A stretch of DNA of 64,000 nucleotides from a virus (taxonomy: Duplodnaviria > Caudoviricetes), in the IMG/VR virus record IMGVR_UViG_3300037467_002055, positions 1-64,000 of that record; one strand, given 5' to 3'. The notes beneath the pieces were generated by a model. It was not told the origin of the DNA. It saw only the letters and a program-made list of their open reading frames with translations, and searched no databases. Position numbers and translations under genes: made by a program. Below are positions 24,940 to 34,121 of this stretch, in pieces; position 1 is the stretch's first letter, and each line of letters begins with the position of its first letter.

Positions 24940-26368
24940 ACAGGCAGTCTCTCAATACCCGCTACCACACCCGTTAGGGGGGAACATGGTACTCGAGCCT
25001 CTGCAAATTGAGGCAATCGAGAAGGCAGTGATTTGGCGCCGAGCGCTGCTCGATTTGCCTGTCGGGTTCGGTAAGACTGTGGTGGCAACCTGCGTATCGC
25101 TGATCCTTGAGCAGGACACCACTGTAGTGCTCATGCCACCGATACTCGTCGCTCAGTGGAAGGAGTGGCTTGACAGTGTAACCGGAGCAGGGTCCTGCGT
25201 GGCTTACATAGGCTCGCCGAAGCAGCGGACACAGATGCAATTGCGCGGTGCTCGCTGGATTACCACCAGCTACCAGATATTCAATAACGACGTGGAGAGA
25301 TTTCGTAAGGAGCTTGCAGGGTCTTCGGTATTGACTGTTGTTGATGAGTGTCAAAATGCTAAGGGTCTGGGTGTTCTTTTCAAGAACATTCGGAGCTTCT
25401 CCGCAGGTCGAGATCTGATCCTGATGTCGGGCACGATCATGAGTAAGCCGGGCGACGCTTATGCCTACATTAAGCTGAACACGCCAGATATTTATGCTAC
25501 CAAGACGATGTTCGAGAACATCCACGTCGAGGAGCGCGACGTCTTCAACCAGCCGAAGAAGTGGCACAACCTCGACCTACTGCAGACCAACCTCAACATG
25601 CGACGTGTCCACTTTACCAAGGAACAGGCACACGCCGCGCTGCCCAAGGGTCGCATCATCCCGATCTACTACGACCTGTCGAAAGAGCACATGGAGCTGT
25701 ACAAGCGCCTGATGGAGGAGCAGCTGCTCCTACTGGACGACGGCGGCAAGATCGACGCCACCACAGCCACGCGGCTGTACCACGCCGCGCAGCAGATCGT
25801 GCTGGACTTTGGCTACTTCGCCGGCGACGAGACGAAGCGCAGCGCGATCTTCGATCTCGTCGACGAGGTGGCCGACGAGATCAACCTCGGCGGCGAGATC
25901 ATGGTCGGCAACGAGACGCGGCCGGCCAGCAAGCTGATCCTGTGGACCACGCACCGCAGCGTGTCGCGCCTGATCGGCGAGCATATGTCGGCCCGGCTTG
26001 CACCGATCGGCAAGCGCGGCGTGATGGCGTTTTCCGAGGTCGACTCGAAGAAGTCGATCAAGGCGTTCATGGAAGATCCGAACACGGTCTGCCTGACCGC
26101 GCAGCCAGGCAGCGCCGGCGCCGGCCTGAATCCGCAGTACCTGTGCTGGGAGGCCGGCTTCGTGCAGATCCCGACCACCACGATCCCGTTCATCCAGTCG
26201 ACCGGCCGGATCGACCGGAAGGGCCAGCGCTACCCGCCGAACAACCGGCTGTTCATCGCGCGCAGCACGATCCAGGAACAGCTGCTGCAGAATTTGCTCA
26301 CGAACGACGAGCTTGTCAACCGGGCGGCCGGCTCCAAGCGGGGCATCAGAAACTTGATTTTCCCGTAG
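24926..26368 (+). CDS. SF2 (SNF2-like) DNA helicase
   Basis: GFGKT Walker A, VVDECQ, MSGT, GAGLN, Q..GRIDRKGQ. Confidence 0.85.
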   Translation: MITLEQAVSQYPLPHPLGGNMVLEPLQIEAIEKAVIWRRALLDLPVGFGKTVVATCVSLILEQDTTVVLMPPILVAQWKEWLDSVTGAGSCVAYIGSPKQRTQMQLRGARWITTSYQIFNNDVERFRKELAGSSVLTVVDECQNAKGLGVLFKNIRSFSAGRDLILMSGTIMSKPGDAYAYIKLNTPDIYATKTMFENIHVEERDVFNQPKKWHNLDLLQTNLNMRRVHFTKEQAHAALPKGRIIPIYYDLSKEHMELYKRLMEEQLLLLDDGGKIDATTATRLYHAAQQIVLDFGYFAGDETKRSAIFDLVDEVADEINLGGEIMVGNETRPASKLILWTTHRSVSRLIGEHMSARLAPIGKRGVMAFSEVDSKKSIKAFMEDPNTVCLTAQPGSAGAGLNPQYLCWEAGFVQIPTTTIPFIQSTGRIDRKGQRYPPNNRLFIARSTIQEQLLQNLLTNDELVNRAAGSKRGIRNLIFP

Positions 26369-26427
26369 GAAATAGCTGTAGAATCACCCACTTGAGCAGT
26401 AACCCAACCGCAAAGGAATAACACGAA

Positions 26428-26904
26428 ATGCAGACTGCCGTTCTCGGCAGGGCGGACAAACTCGCCCTGCAGGCCTCATGGCTCAATTACCGCATGAAGA
26501 GCCATCCAAGGTGGCACCGCGACATGCCGGTCCCCCGACAGCTGCTCGCATCCGACCACAAGGTGTTTGTCGCCGTCCACCTAGAGGAGGGTGTACCGCG
26601 GATCCTCGATGTGCTGCGAGTCGTCGACGTTGAAGCGTCCTTCACGGCCGGCCTGACGCTGGTCCTGGCCAGCGGCACGGATACGATGCGGCTGCGGGTC
26701 AGCACCTACCCGCGCGAGATCCTCCCGGATGTGTTCGCCTGGGTGCCGCCGTTCTCCGACGTGCGCCACTGCCCATCCAAATTTGACGAGCCCTCCAGCA
26801 CGTGGCGGCTGTCGGTGCCGATGTACGTGCGCACGGTGAGCGAAGACCTGATCGTCATGACGCGAAAGGAATTCTGCGAACGTTGGCCCGATATTGCCCT
26901 GTGA
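26428..26904 (+). CDS. hypothetical protein
   Basis: AAGGA RBS after a short intergenic region containing TAGAAT. Confidence 0.7.
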   Translation: MQTAVLGRADKLALQASWLNYRMKSHPRWHRDMPVPRQLLASDHKVFVAVHLEEGVPRILDVLRVVDVEASFTAGLTLVLASGTDTMRLRVSTYPREILPDVFAWVPPFSDVRHCPSKFDEPSSTWRLSVPMYVRTVSEDLIVMTRKEFCERWPDIAL

Positions 26905-26911
26905 GGTCTGA

Positions 26912-29854
26912 ATGAGTGCATTCCACTACTACCAGATCAAGGGTGGCGAGGAGCATTGGCAGCCGGTCCCGGTATCGCACCGTGACAAGGTGCTGGCCGA
27001 GCTCAAGCCGATGTTCGTGACGGTGCTGTCGGTCTCCAAGCTGGTCGACGATCTGACATACGAAGAGAAGCTGAAGCTGGCCTACATGGGCCCGTTCTAC
27101 GTCGACTTCGACTCGGAAGATGACAGCCTCGTCATCCTGAAAGTCAACGAGTTCCTCGACAAGCTTGAGGACCTAGGCGTGAACCTTGCGATGTGCCGGC
27201 TGTACACCACTGGCGGTCGTGGATTTCATGCTGAGGTCCCGGTCGAGGTCTTTATGGAGAAGGTTCCGAAGACGGGCGTGATTGGCCTGCCGTCGATCTA
27301 CCGCGAGATGGCGCTGGCGCTGGCGGTCGACACGCTCGACCTGAAGATTTACTCGACCGGGCGCGGCCGCATGTGGCGCCAGCCGAACATGGAGCGATCG
27401 AACGGCCGCTTCAAGGTGCCGATCACGGCGGCCGAGATGCGCAGCATGACGCCCGAACTTGCGGTCGACCTGTCGTCGGCGCCGCGCGATCCGGTGCCGG
27501 TGCTGGATCCGGACTTCTGCGTCAAGCTGTCGATCGAGTATTCCAAGGCGTCGCAGAAGGTCGAGGACCTGCTCAAGAAGCGGGCGCGCTTCAAGCCGAA
27601 CCCGGCCGACCGGGAAAAGGCGAATTGCGCTTCGATCCAGTACATGATGGCTGGCCTGGGCATCAAGGATTCCGCCGGCTTCCAGGAGATCGCCACCCAG
27701 CTGGCGATCGTGGCGGTCACGGCCGGTATGTCGGAGGACAAGTTCATCGTCGAGTGCCAGGGCCTGATCGACAACCACAAGGGCGACAGCAAGCGCTACG
27801 GCACGCCGGCCAAGCGCGCCGAGGAGCTGCGCCGCATGCACCGCTACATGGACGGCAACCAGTGCTACGAGTTCTCGGTCGGCGCTGTGAAGAACCTGAT
27901 GAACCATGCGGCGCCCGACCTTGACGGCATCGCGGCGACGCCGGACGAGATCAAGGAAGAAATCGAGGCGGCCGCGCTGCAGCAGGAAGACCCGGAGGGG
28001 CAGCAGCAGGACGAGTACGAGGACGTCGCCCGCGGCGTCACGCTGTCGAAGTACGGCGTCTACATGGACACCGAGTACGGCAAGAAGCGGATCTGCGCCG
28101 TGTCGTTCGACGCCGCGCAGATCCTGCTGTCGAGCGACAGCAGCCAGATCATCGGCTACGACGCCAACGTGCTGGTCAACGGGCGCACGGTCGGCAGCGT
28201 CACGCTGGAGTTGGACATGTTCAGCGGACTGGTGCCATTCAACCGGTTCGTGTCGAAATACGGGCATGCGTTTCAGGGCACGGATGCTCAGGTAAGGACG
28301 GTAATGATGCGATTTGTCGAACAGGCGAAAAAGAAAGGCAACCTCAGCTATGTCGTGACGCGCGAAGGCCTCGACATCGTTTCAATCCCCCAACATGACA
28401 TCGAGCGCCTGCGCGAGCCGTTCCTCGTCTGGTCGGACAGCCACGGCGTGCACCTTGAAAAGGAAGTCGAGGACCTTGGCCTGCGCGTCAAGTTTGCCGG
28501 CTTCCCAGATCCACGTGGCATGTTCAAGACCGACATCTCGGCCGCGCCGTCGCTGGCGACGTGGATCGATGAGCCGGGCAACCGCGAGCTGCTGCGCGAG
28601 ACGCTGGAGCACCTGTTCTCGTGCCAGCGGCCTGAGGTGCTGGGCAAGGTGCTGGGCTGGTACGTGGCCTGCTTCTGGAAGCAGCTGTTCCAGAAGCACT
28701 ACGGCAAGTTCCCGCTGCTACACATCAACGGCCCGGCCGGCATGGGCAAAACGGAGATGCAGCTGGGGATCGGCCAGCTGTTCTACTGGCGCGGCGAGCC
28801 GCGCCCGCTGTCACCCGGCTCGACCAACTTCGCGCTGCTGCAGCACCTGATGGCGTCGTCGTCGATCCCGCTGATCCTCGACGAGTACAAGCCGCACGTG
28901 ATGGTCAAGGCGCGGGTCGACCAGCTCAAGGGCCTGTTCCGCGACGCCTACAACCAGCGTGACCAGGCGCGCGGCGGCGGCTCGCGCGAGAGCGACGATT
29001 ACCGCTCGCTGCAGTTCTCACAGATGGCTGCGCCGATGGTGTTCATCGCCGAGGCGGCCGAGGAGGAAGCCGCGGTGATGGAGCGCGTCGTGCTGGTGAC
29101 TCTGGCTCGCCCGGCGCAGAGCCGCGTCCTGAAGAACGGCGCGCACTGGCAGGCGTTCTGGCGCAACCGCCACCTGCTGGGCATCCTTGGCCAGTATCTG
29201 GCCATGAACATCCTGCAGGAGGGCTCGGTCAGCGGCTTCATCGAGGAGTTTGACGCGCTGTTCGCCGACGCCAAGCAGAAGTTCATGCTGTCCGAGGAGG
29301 ATCTGCGCTCTGGCTTGTCGGAGGAAGCGCTCAAGGACAAGCAGAACACGAAGGAGCGCCCGGTGTTCAACCACACTGTCGCGCGCTTCGGGTTCCGCCA
29401 GCTGCGCAGGCTCGTGAACGACGCGATCGGTAGCGACCTCGATGGCATGATGGCCGAGATGGAAGAAGGCGTTTTCGCCCGCCTGCACGACCTGCATGCG
29501 GCGACCACGCCGGAATACGTCAAGGTGCTGTCCGAGATCGTGAGCATGAGCCACCACGTCGAGGCCGACCGGCCGGATTCGATCCGCCGGGGGCACGAGT
29601 ACGCCTTCACCAGCGTCGGTGGCCGCGACGTCGTCGAACTGGCCGTGCGGCCGGCGTACCAGCGCTACCGCATGCACTGCCGCCAGACTGGGCTGGAAGC
29701 CCTGTTCGGTGGCGTCGAGAGCTTCATGCATGCAATCGGCGACTGCCCGGCGTTCATCAAGCGCGGCACGGGCGATGTGCTGCAGGCGCCGGGCATCTTC
29801 GTATTCGATGCACACGAGCTTGCGCGACTTGGCGTCGATACTTTCAAGAATTAA
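26912..29854 (+). CDS. AEP primase-helicase fusion
   Basis: FYVDFD, TGGRGFH, D.KIYS...RMWR.PN (AEP motifs); GPAGMGKT and LILDEYK (P-loop ATPase). Confidence 0.8.
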   Translation: MSAFHYYQIKGGEEHWQPVPVSHRDKVLAELKPMFVTVLSVSKLVDDLTYEEKLKLAYMGPFYVDFDSEDDSLVILKVNEFLDKLEDLGVNLAMCRLYTTGGRGFHAEVPVEVFMEKVPKTGVIGLPSIYREMALALAVDTLDLKIYSTGRGRMWRQPNMERSNGRFKVPITAAEMRSMTPELAVDLSSAPRDPVPVLDPDFCVKLSIEYSKASQKVEDLLKKRARFKPNPADREKANCASIQYMMAGLGIKDSAGFQEIATQLAIVAVTAGMSEDKFIVECQGLIDNHKGDSKRYGTPAKRAEELRRMHRYMDGNQCYEFSVGAVKNLMNHAAPDLDGIAATPDEIKEEIEAAALQQEDPEGQQQDEYEDVARGVTLSKYGVYMDTEYGKKRICAVSFDAAQILLSSDSSQIIGYDANVLVNGRTVGSVTLELDMFSGLVPFNRFVSKYGHAFQGTDAQVRTVMMRFVEQAKKKGNLSYVVTREGLDIVSIPQHDIERLREPFLVWSDSHGVHLEKEVEDLGLRVKFAGFPDPRGMFKTDISAAPSLATWIDEPGNRELLRETLEHLFSCQRPEVLGKVLGWYVACFWKQLFQKHYGKFPLLHINGPAGMGKTEMQLGIGQLFYWRGEPRPLSPGSTNFALLQHLMASSSIPLILDEYKPHVMVKARVDQLKGLFRDAYNQRDQARGGGSRESDDYRSLQFSQMAAPMVFIAEAAEEEAAVMERVVLVTLARPAQSRVLKNGAHWQAFWRNRHLLGILGQYLAMNILQEGSVSGFIEEFDALFADAKQKFMLSEEDLRSGLSEEALKDKQNTKERPVFNHTVARFGFRQLRRLVNDAIGSDLDGMMAEMEEGVFARLHDLHAATTPEYVKVLSEIVSMSHHVEADRPDSIRRGHEYAFTSVGGRDVVELAVRPAYQRYRMHCRQTGLEALFGGVESFMHAIGDCPAFIKRGTGDVLQAPGIFVFDAHELARLGVDTFKN

Positions 29855-29883
29855 TTGACACCAGCCAACAAGTTTGCCATACT
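29855..29883 (+). promoter_or_regulatory. sigma70-like promoter
   Basis: TTGACA-17 nt-CATACT. Confidence 0.75.
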
Positions 29884-29892
29884 GAATTTTCA

Positions 29893-29925
29893 CCCACATG
29901 CCGGGCGTGGGATCCTGACTCGGCA
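29893..29925 (+). promoter_or_regulatory. H-type RNA pseudoknot in 5' leader (candidate translational operator)
   Basis: S1 CCCAC/GTGGG; S2 TGCCGGG/CTCGGCA; loops of 1, 1 and 7 nt. Confidence 0.6.
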
Positions 29926-29951
29926 CAACGACAACTTTAAAGGTAACGAAA

Positions 29952-30767
29952 ATGGCACTGACCAAAAACGCAAACGCACAAGCTTCCACCCCGGCATTCG
30001 AAGCTCCGGATGACGACGTCGTCGATCAGGCGGCAGCTGAACAGGCTGCGATCCGCGCCAAAGCGCAAGAGCGTCTGGCAGCGGCTGCTACCCAGCATGC
30101 TGCTACCAAGCCGGCGGAAGAAGCCAAGCCGTCGGCCAGCCGCGAAGTGGCCACCCCGACCGGCACGCAGGTCGCCAAGGCGCGTCCGATGATCAACCCG
30201 CTGGAGCCGCTGAAGAACGCTTTCCCGGTCGAGTGGGATACGCTGCGCAACCTGGTGATCACCAACGGCAACGTGATGGACAAGACCACGAGCAAGGCGC
30301 TGGGTGACACCATCGGTCTGGAACTGCTGTCCTTCCAGGATCAGTGGGTGGTCTCCCCGGGCGTCGATGGCGACGAAGCCAAGGAGTTCGTGCGCTACTC
30401 CGACGACGGCGTCACCACCACGCAGGGCGAGGACATGAAGGAATACCTCGCGCACCTGAAGGCGTCTGGCTACGAGGAAGCGAAGATCTCGGAACGCATG
30501 GTCATCTGCGGCTCGGTGTTCGACATCGGCGTCAAGGGTGCGAAGGACCTGAAGGAGCTGCAGGACGCGCTGGTGCAGATCAGCCTGCCGCCGACCTCGA
30601 AGGCAACCTTCAAACGCTACCAGATGGACCAGGCCTTCAAGATCGGCAAGGGCTTCATCGAGGCGAAGGGCGCTGAGCGTGTGCGCATCGAATGCGACGT
30701 CGTGACCAAGGGCCAGATGTCCTGGACCGTGGCGAACTTCAGCCGCTACGACGCTGCCGGCGCGTAA
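29952..30767 (+). CDS. probable single-stranded DNA-binding/recombination protein
   Basis: Own promoter and terminator inside the replication block; Ala-rich N-terminus, beta-rich core; leader pseudoknot. Function is inferred. Confidence 0.5.
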   Translation: MALTKNANAQASTPAFEAPDDDVVDQAAAEQAAIRAKAQERLAAAATQHAATKPAEEAKPSASREVATPTGTQVAKARPMINPLEPLKNAFPVEWDTLRNLVITNGNVMDKTTSKALGDTIGLELLSFQDQWVVSPGVDGDEAKEFVRYSDDGVTTTQGEDMKEYLAHLKASGYEEAKISERMVICGSVFDIGVKGAKDLKELQDALVQISLPPTSKATFKRYQMDQAFKIGKGFIEAKGAERVRIECDVVTKGQMSWTVANFSRYDAAGA

Positions 30768-30788
30768 GCCACCTCATCACCACCACCC

Positions 30789-30816
30789 AAAAGGGACCGC
30801 TTCGGCGGTCCCTTTT
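30789..30816 (+). terminator. rho-independent terminator (possibly bidirectional)
   Basis: AAAAGGGACCGC-TTCG-GCGGTCCCTTTT. Confidence 0.9.
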
Positions 30817-30832
30817 CTACAGGAGAAACACC

Positions 30833-31549
30833 TTGGACATGCAACAACCACAAGAACAAGTCCGCGAGCTCGCCTGGGTTATCGCCGACACGGAAACCAC
30901 TGGTCTGACCGGCCCGGCCTGCGAGGTCGCCTTTCGCGAGATCGACCCCGACACGCTGGAGACGGTCCGCGAGATCCAGTCGCTGATCGATCCGCAGTGC
31001 GAGATCGAAGAAGGCGCCATGGCCGTGCACGGCATCACGCAGGAGATGGTCGCCACCGCGCCGACGATGCAGGAATTCATCGAGACACCCGGATACCTGG
31101 ATGGCGCCTTCGACGGCCGCGATATCGTCCTGATCGCGCACAACGCGGCGTTCGACGTGAAGCGCCTGCACATGGTCGGCACCATCACGTCGTCGATCTG
31201 CACGCTGTTCCACGCTCGCCAGCTGATCGGCACCGAAGTCGTCAACCACAAGCTGCCGACCTTGCGTGAGCACTTCGGTTTTCCGAAAAACGAGGCGCAC
31301 CGCGCGATGGCCGACGTGGCCACGACGCACCGCCTGCTCAAGGAGCTGATGGCGCGCGCCGGCCGCCGCACCTTGCGCGATTTCCACGCCACGCAGGAGA
31401 CGACGGTCCATCGCTGGCCTTGGGGGAAGCACCGCGGCGAGCTGCTGATGGCCACGCCCAAGGAGTATCTGCTCTGGGCGAAGAAGCTGCCGGACCTCGA
31501 GCCGAACCTGAAGAAGTCGGTCGACAAAGTCCTCAAAACCCTCAAATAA
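30833..31549 (+). CDS. DEDDh 3'-5' exonuclease (ExoX/PolIII epsilon-like)
   Basis: ADTETTG, AHNAAFD, AHRAMADV; C-terminal WPWGKHRG..P..YL.W. Confidence 0.85.
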   Translation: MDMQQPQEQVRELAWVIADTETTGLTGPACEVAFREIDPDTLETVREIQSLIDPQCEIEEGAMAVHGITQEMVATAPTMQEFIETPGYLDGAFDGRDIVLIAHNAAFDVKRLHMVGTITSSICTLFHARQLIGTEVVNHKLPTLREHFGFPKNEAHRAMADVATTHRLLKELMARAGRRTLRDFHATQETTVHRWPWGKHRGELLMATPKEYLLWAKKLPDLEPNLKKSVDKVLKTLK

Positions 31550-31563
31550 CGGAAGAAGAAATC

Positions 31564-32043
31564 ATGTCCCAATTCTCCCAATTCTCCCAAGCCTTGATCG
31601 CCTTCAATGCGATGTATCGCCTGCCGGTGGCTGACGCTCCGAACATCATCTCGTCGCAGCGCCTGCGCGACCTGAAAAAGATCCTGCTCGACGAGGTCAA
31701 CGAGATCGATGAAGTCATCGATTTGGTCGCCCAGGCCGAAGAAGCGCGGGATCTTCAACTGCCGAATTCTCCCGACGCGGAGCTCACTGCCCTGACCGCC
31801 CTGGCCGACCTGATGGGTGACCTGCAGGTGTACTGCGGCAGCGAGATGGCCAAGTGGGGCCTGCCGCTGGACGCCGTCCTGTCGATCATCATGGAGTCGA
31901 ACATGTCGAAGCTGGGCGCTGACGGCAAGCCGATTTACGACGAGACGGGCAAGGTTCTGAAGGGCCCGGGCTATTGGAAGCCGGAACCGCGCATCCGCGC
32001 GCTGCTGGAGAGCCTGTACGCAGGCGTCGACGTCGAAAAATGA
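31564..32043 (+). CDS. MazG-like NTP pyrophosphohydrolase
   Basis: EV.E, LADL.GD..VY, SNMSKLG.DGKPIY...GKVLKGP.Y.KP. Confidence 0.85.
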   Translation: MSQFSQFSQALIAFNAMYRLPVADAPNIISSQRLRDLKKILLDEVNEIDEVIDLVAQAEEARDLQLPNSPDAELTALTALADLMGDLQVYCGSEMAKWGLPLDAVLSIIMESNMSKLGADGKPIYDETGKVLKGPGYWKPEPRIRALLESLYAGVDVEK

Positions 32044-33110
32044 GCACCCACCTAGTCAGCGCCGCGGCGCAGATCCGGTCTCTGGCAAAAGCGGTTTCGG
32101 CCGCTTTTGCTGCGTCTGCGCTTACGGAAGAAGAAAAGAACCCGGGCCGCGTCGAGCTCACGGACCTGCCGTGGGCGGCGCCGCCGCTCGAATGCAAGGC
32201 GACCTTGGGCGGCGCGCCGCTCATGGATTACCTGAACGTGCCGATGAACCTCGACGAGTACCTGCTGCGCCGCTTCTGGTCCAAGACGCTGGAGGATCTG
32301 TGGCTGCGCCCGTCCAGCACGATGAAGCGCGGCGTGTTCGCCAACTGTAGCTGGGGCACGCCCCGGCTGCGGATGGGCCAGCGCGCTTTCCTGTTCTCGG
32401 TGCCGCCGGGCTTCCCGGCCCATCTCGACATGTCGGCCGGCGCGATGTTCTCGATCGAGGTGGCGCGCGCGGCGGCGTCGTCGCTGCCGGTGCTGGACGT
32501 CGTGAGCGACGAGGACAACTACTACGCCATCACGGCCGAGGGCTCGGTGTTCGGCGTGAAGAACGGCCGGCCGGCGTGCGCGTCGCCGTGGGACACCAGC
32601 GTGGCGGGCATGGTGCCGGACATGCTGGAGACCTCGCGCGGCGAGCCGGACGTCGCCTGCCGCTTCGACCAGCTTGCGGCGCTGCGCTCCGTCTTGCACC
32701 AGAACCGCAAGATGTTCCCCGAGTTCCAGGGCATCGACTACGCCCTGCAGGCGCTGCGCCTCTTGACGCTGTCGGAGCACTGCCCCGAGCTCGTGACGCA
32801 GATGCGCACGGCGCCGCTGGACTTGCCGCGCCTGAAGCTTGCCGAGCGCGCGCTGCGGGACGCCCTGTCCATCATCGACGACCTGAGCATGTCGGACCGG
32901 ACCAAGCTGCAGATCTGGCACAACTCGCTGGTGCCGGACGTGATCTCGGCGTCGAAGTTCAAGCAGCACATCTGGGCCGGCGCCCAATTCCCGTTCTCGC
33001 TCGCCCAGTCCAAGCTGGGGAACATTCGGCAGTGGCTGGAGGCGGAGTACCGGGCGCTGCCGGCCAGCATCCAACAGGAGGACGTATGCAAACTCGCAGG
33101 CACACCTTGA
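32040..33110 (+). CDS. hypothetical protein (356 aa)
   Basis: ATGA overlap, genome-typical codons, no recognised motif. Confidence 0.7.
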   Translation: MSTHLVSAAAQIRSLAKAVSAAFAASALTEEEKNPGRVELTDLPWAAPPLECKATLGGAPLMDYLNVPMNLDEYLLRRFWSKTLEDLWLRPSSTMKRGVFANCSWGTPRLRMGQRAFLFSVPPGFPAHLDMSAGAMFSIEVARAAASSLPVLDVVSDEDNYYAITAEGSVFGVKNGRPACASPWDTSVAGMVPDMLETSRGEPDVACRFDQLAALRSVLHQNRKMFPEFQGIDYALQALRLLTLSEHCPELVTQMRTAPLDLPRLKLAERALRDALSIIDDLSMSDRTKLQIWHNSLVPDVISASKFKQHIWAGAQFPFSLAQSKLGNIRQWLEAEYRALPASIQQEDVCKLAGTP

Positions 33111-33304
33111 TCGAGGTGGTGGTCTCCACCGGCGCCGCGTTCGTCATCAGCGCGGCGCTGCAGCACCTCGTCGTCAATCCGCTCTGGCACCTGCACAGCT
33201 CGCCGCTGGACAGCCTGGGCATCACCGTTTTCTTCACCGTCGTCTCGCTGGTGAGGTCGTACTTTTTCAGAAGAATGTTCAACAAATTGGGAGTCAAAGC
33301 ATGA
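33086..33304 (+). CDS. small two-TM membrane protein (DUF7220-like)
   Basis: MQT...TLIE; FFTVVSLVRSYFFRR.FN; AGGAGG RBS. Confidence 0.7.
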   Translation: MQTRRHTLIEVVVSTGAAFVISAALQHLVVNPLWHLHSSPLDSLGITVFFTVVSLVRSYFFRRMFNKLGVKA

Positions 33305-33828
33305 AGATCGTGGGATTTACCGGCAAGGCCGGAGCAGGCAAGGATACGCTGGCCGATTACCTGGTGGAGAGCCACCACTACATTAAGGTGTCGTTCGCTG
33401 GCCCGCTCAAGTCGATGCTGGCGCAGGTCGGCTTTCCGGAGCCGAAAGACCGCGCCGCCAAGGAGCTCCCAATCGAGGGCTTCAGCTTCACGTGGCGCGA
33501 CGCAGCGCAAAAGCTGGGTACGGAGTGGGGCCGTGCGCTGGATCCGGACATCTGGGTCAAGATCATGGAGAACCTGCTCCATCGCCTCTCCGACGATGCA
33601 CGTGTCGTGTTTTCCGACGTGCGCTTCGACAACGAGGCCGAGATGATCCGCCGCCTGGGCGGCAGGATCGTGCACGTCACCGGTCGCGCCGCGGACCTGG
33701 GCGCGCACGCCGGCCACTCGTCGGAAGCCGGCGTGCGTTGGGCCGACGGCGACGTCGCGCTGGACAACAGCGGCTCGCTGGAAGGCACGATCCTCGACAT
33801 GCATTACCGCCTGCTGGAGGCGATGTGA
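33301..33828 (+). CDS. deoxynucleoside monophosphate kinase
   Basis: GFTGKAGAGKDT, FA.PLK, QKLGTEWGR, DVRFDNEA, H.SE.G. Confidence 0.9.
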   Translation: MKIVGFTGKAGAGKDTLADYLVESHHYIKVSFAGPLKSMLAQVGFPEPKDRAAKELPIEGFSFTWRDAAQKLGTEWGRALDPDIWVKIMENLLHRLSDDARVVFSDVRFDNEAEMIRRLGGRIVHVTGRAADLGAHAGHSSEAGVRWADGDVALDNSGSLEGTILDMHYRLLEAM

Positions 33829-34067
33829 GCGAGCGCACGGCAGACGAACTGGACATCGCGGCCGATCTGCAGGAGCGCGCCAACGCCGAAGGGCTGGCGC
33901 GCGTACGGCAGCAGCTGGTGCAGACGCACCCGGGCTTTAACGGCGTCGACTGCGTCGACTGCGGCGACCCGCTGCCGGCCGTACGGCTTGCGTATAAGCG
34001 GGTGCGTTGCACGCTGTGCCAGACCGAGGAGGACAACCGACTGAAAATGCTTGGGAGGCGTGTGTGA
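33825..34067 (+). CDS. TraR/DksA C4-type zinc finger protein
   Basis: DE.D.A N-helix; C..CG..LP..RL....RC..CQ. Confidence 0.8.
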   Translation: MSERTADELDIAADLQERANAEGLARVRQQLVQTHPGFNGVDCVDCGDPLPAVRLAYKRVRCTLCQTEEDNRLKMLGRRV

Positions 34068-34073
34068 TTACTT

Positions 34074-34115
34074 TCCTGAAGTCTAGCTTTATGTGGTAAG
34101 CTGAGGTTTTCAGGA
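34074..34115 (+). promoter_or_regulatory. extended -10 promoter within an RBS-occluding hairpin
   Basis: TGnTAAGCT at 34094-34102; TCCTGAA/TTCAGGA and AGCTT/AAGCT stems. Confidence 0.5.
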
Positions 34116-34121
34116 GGAAAC

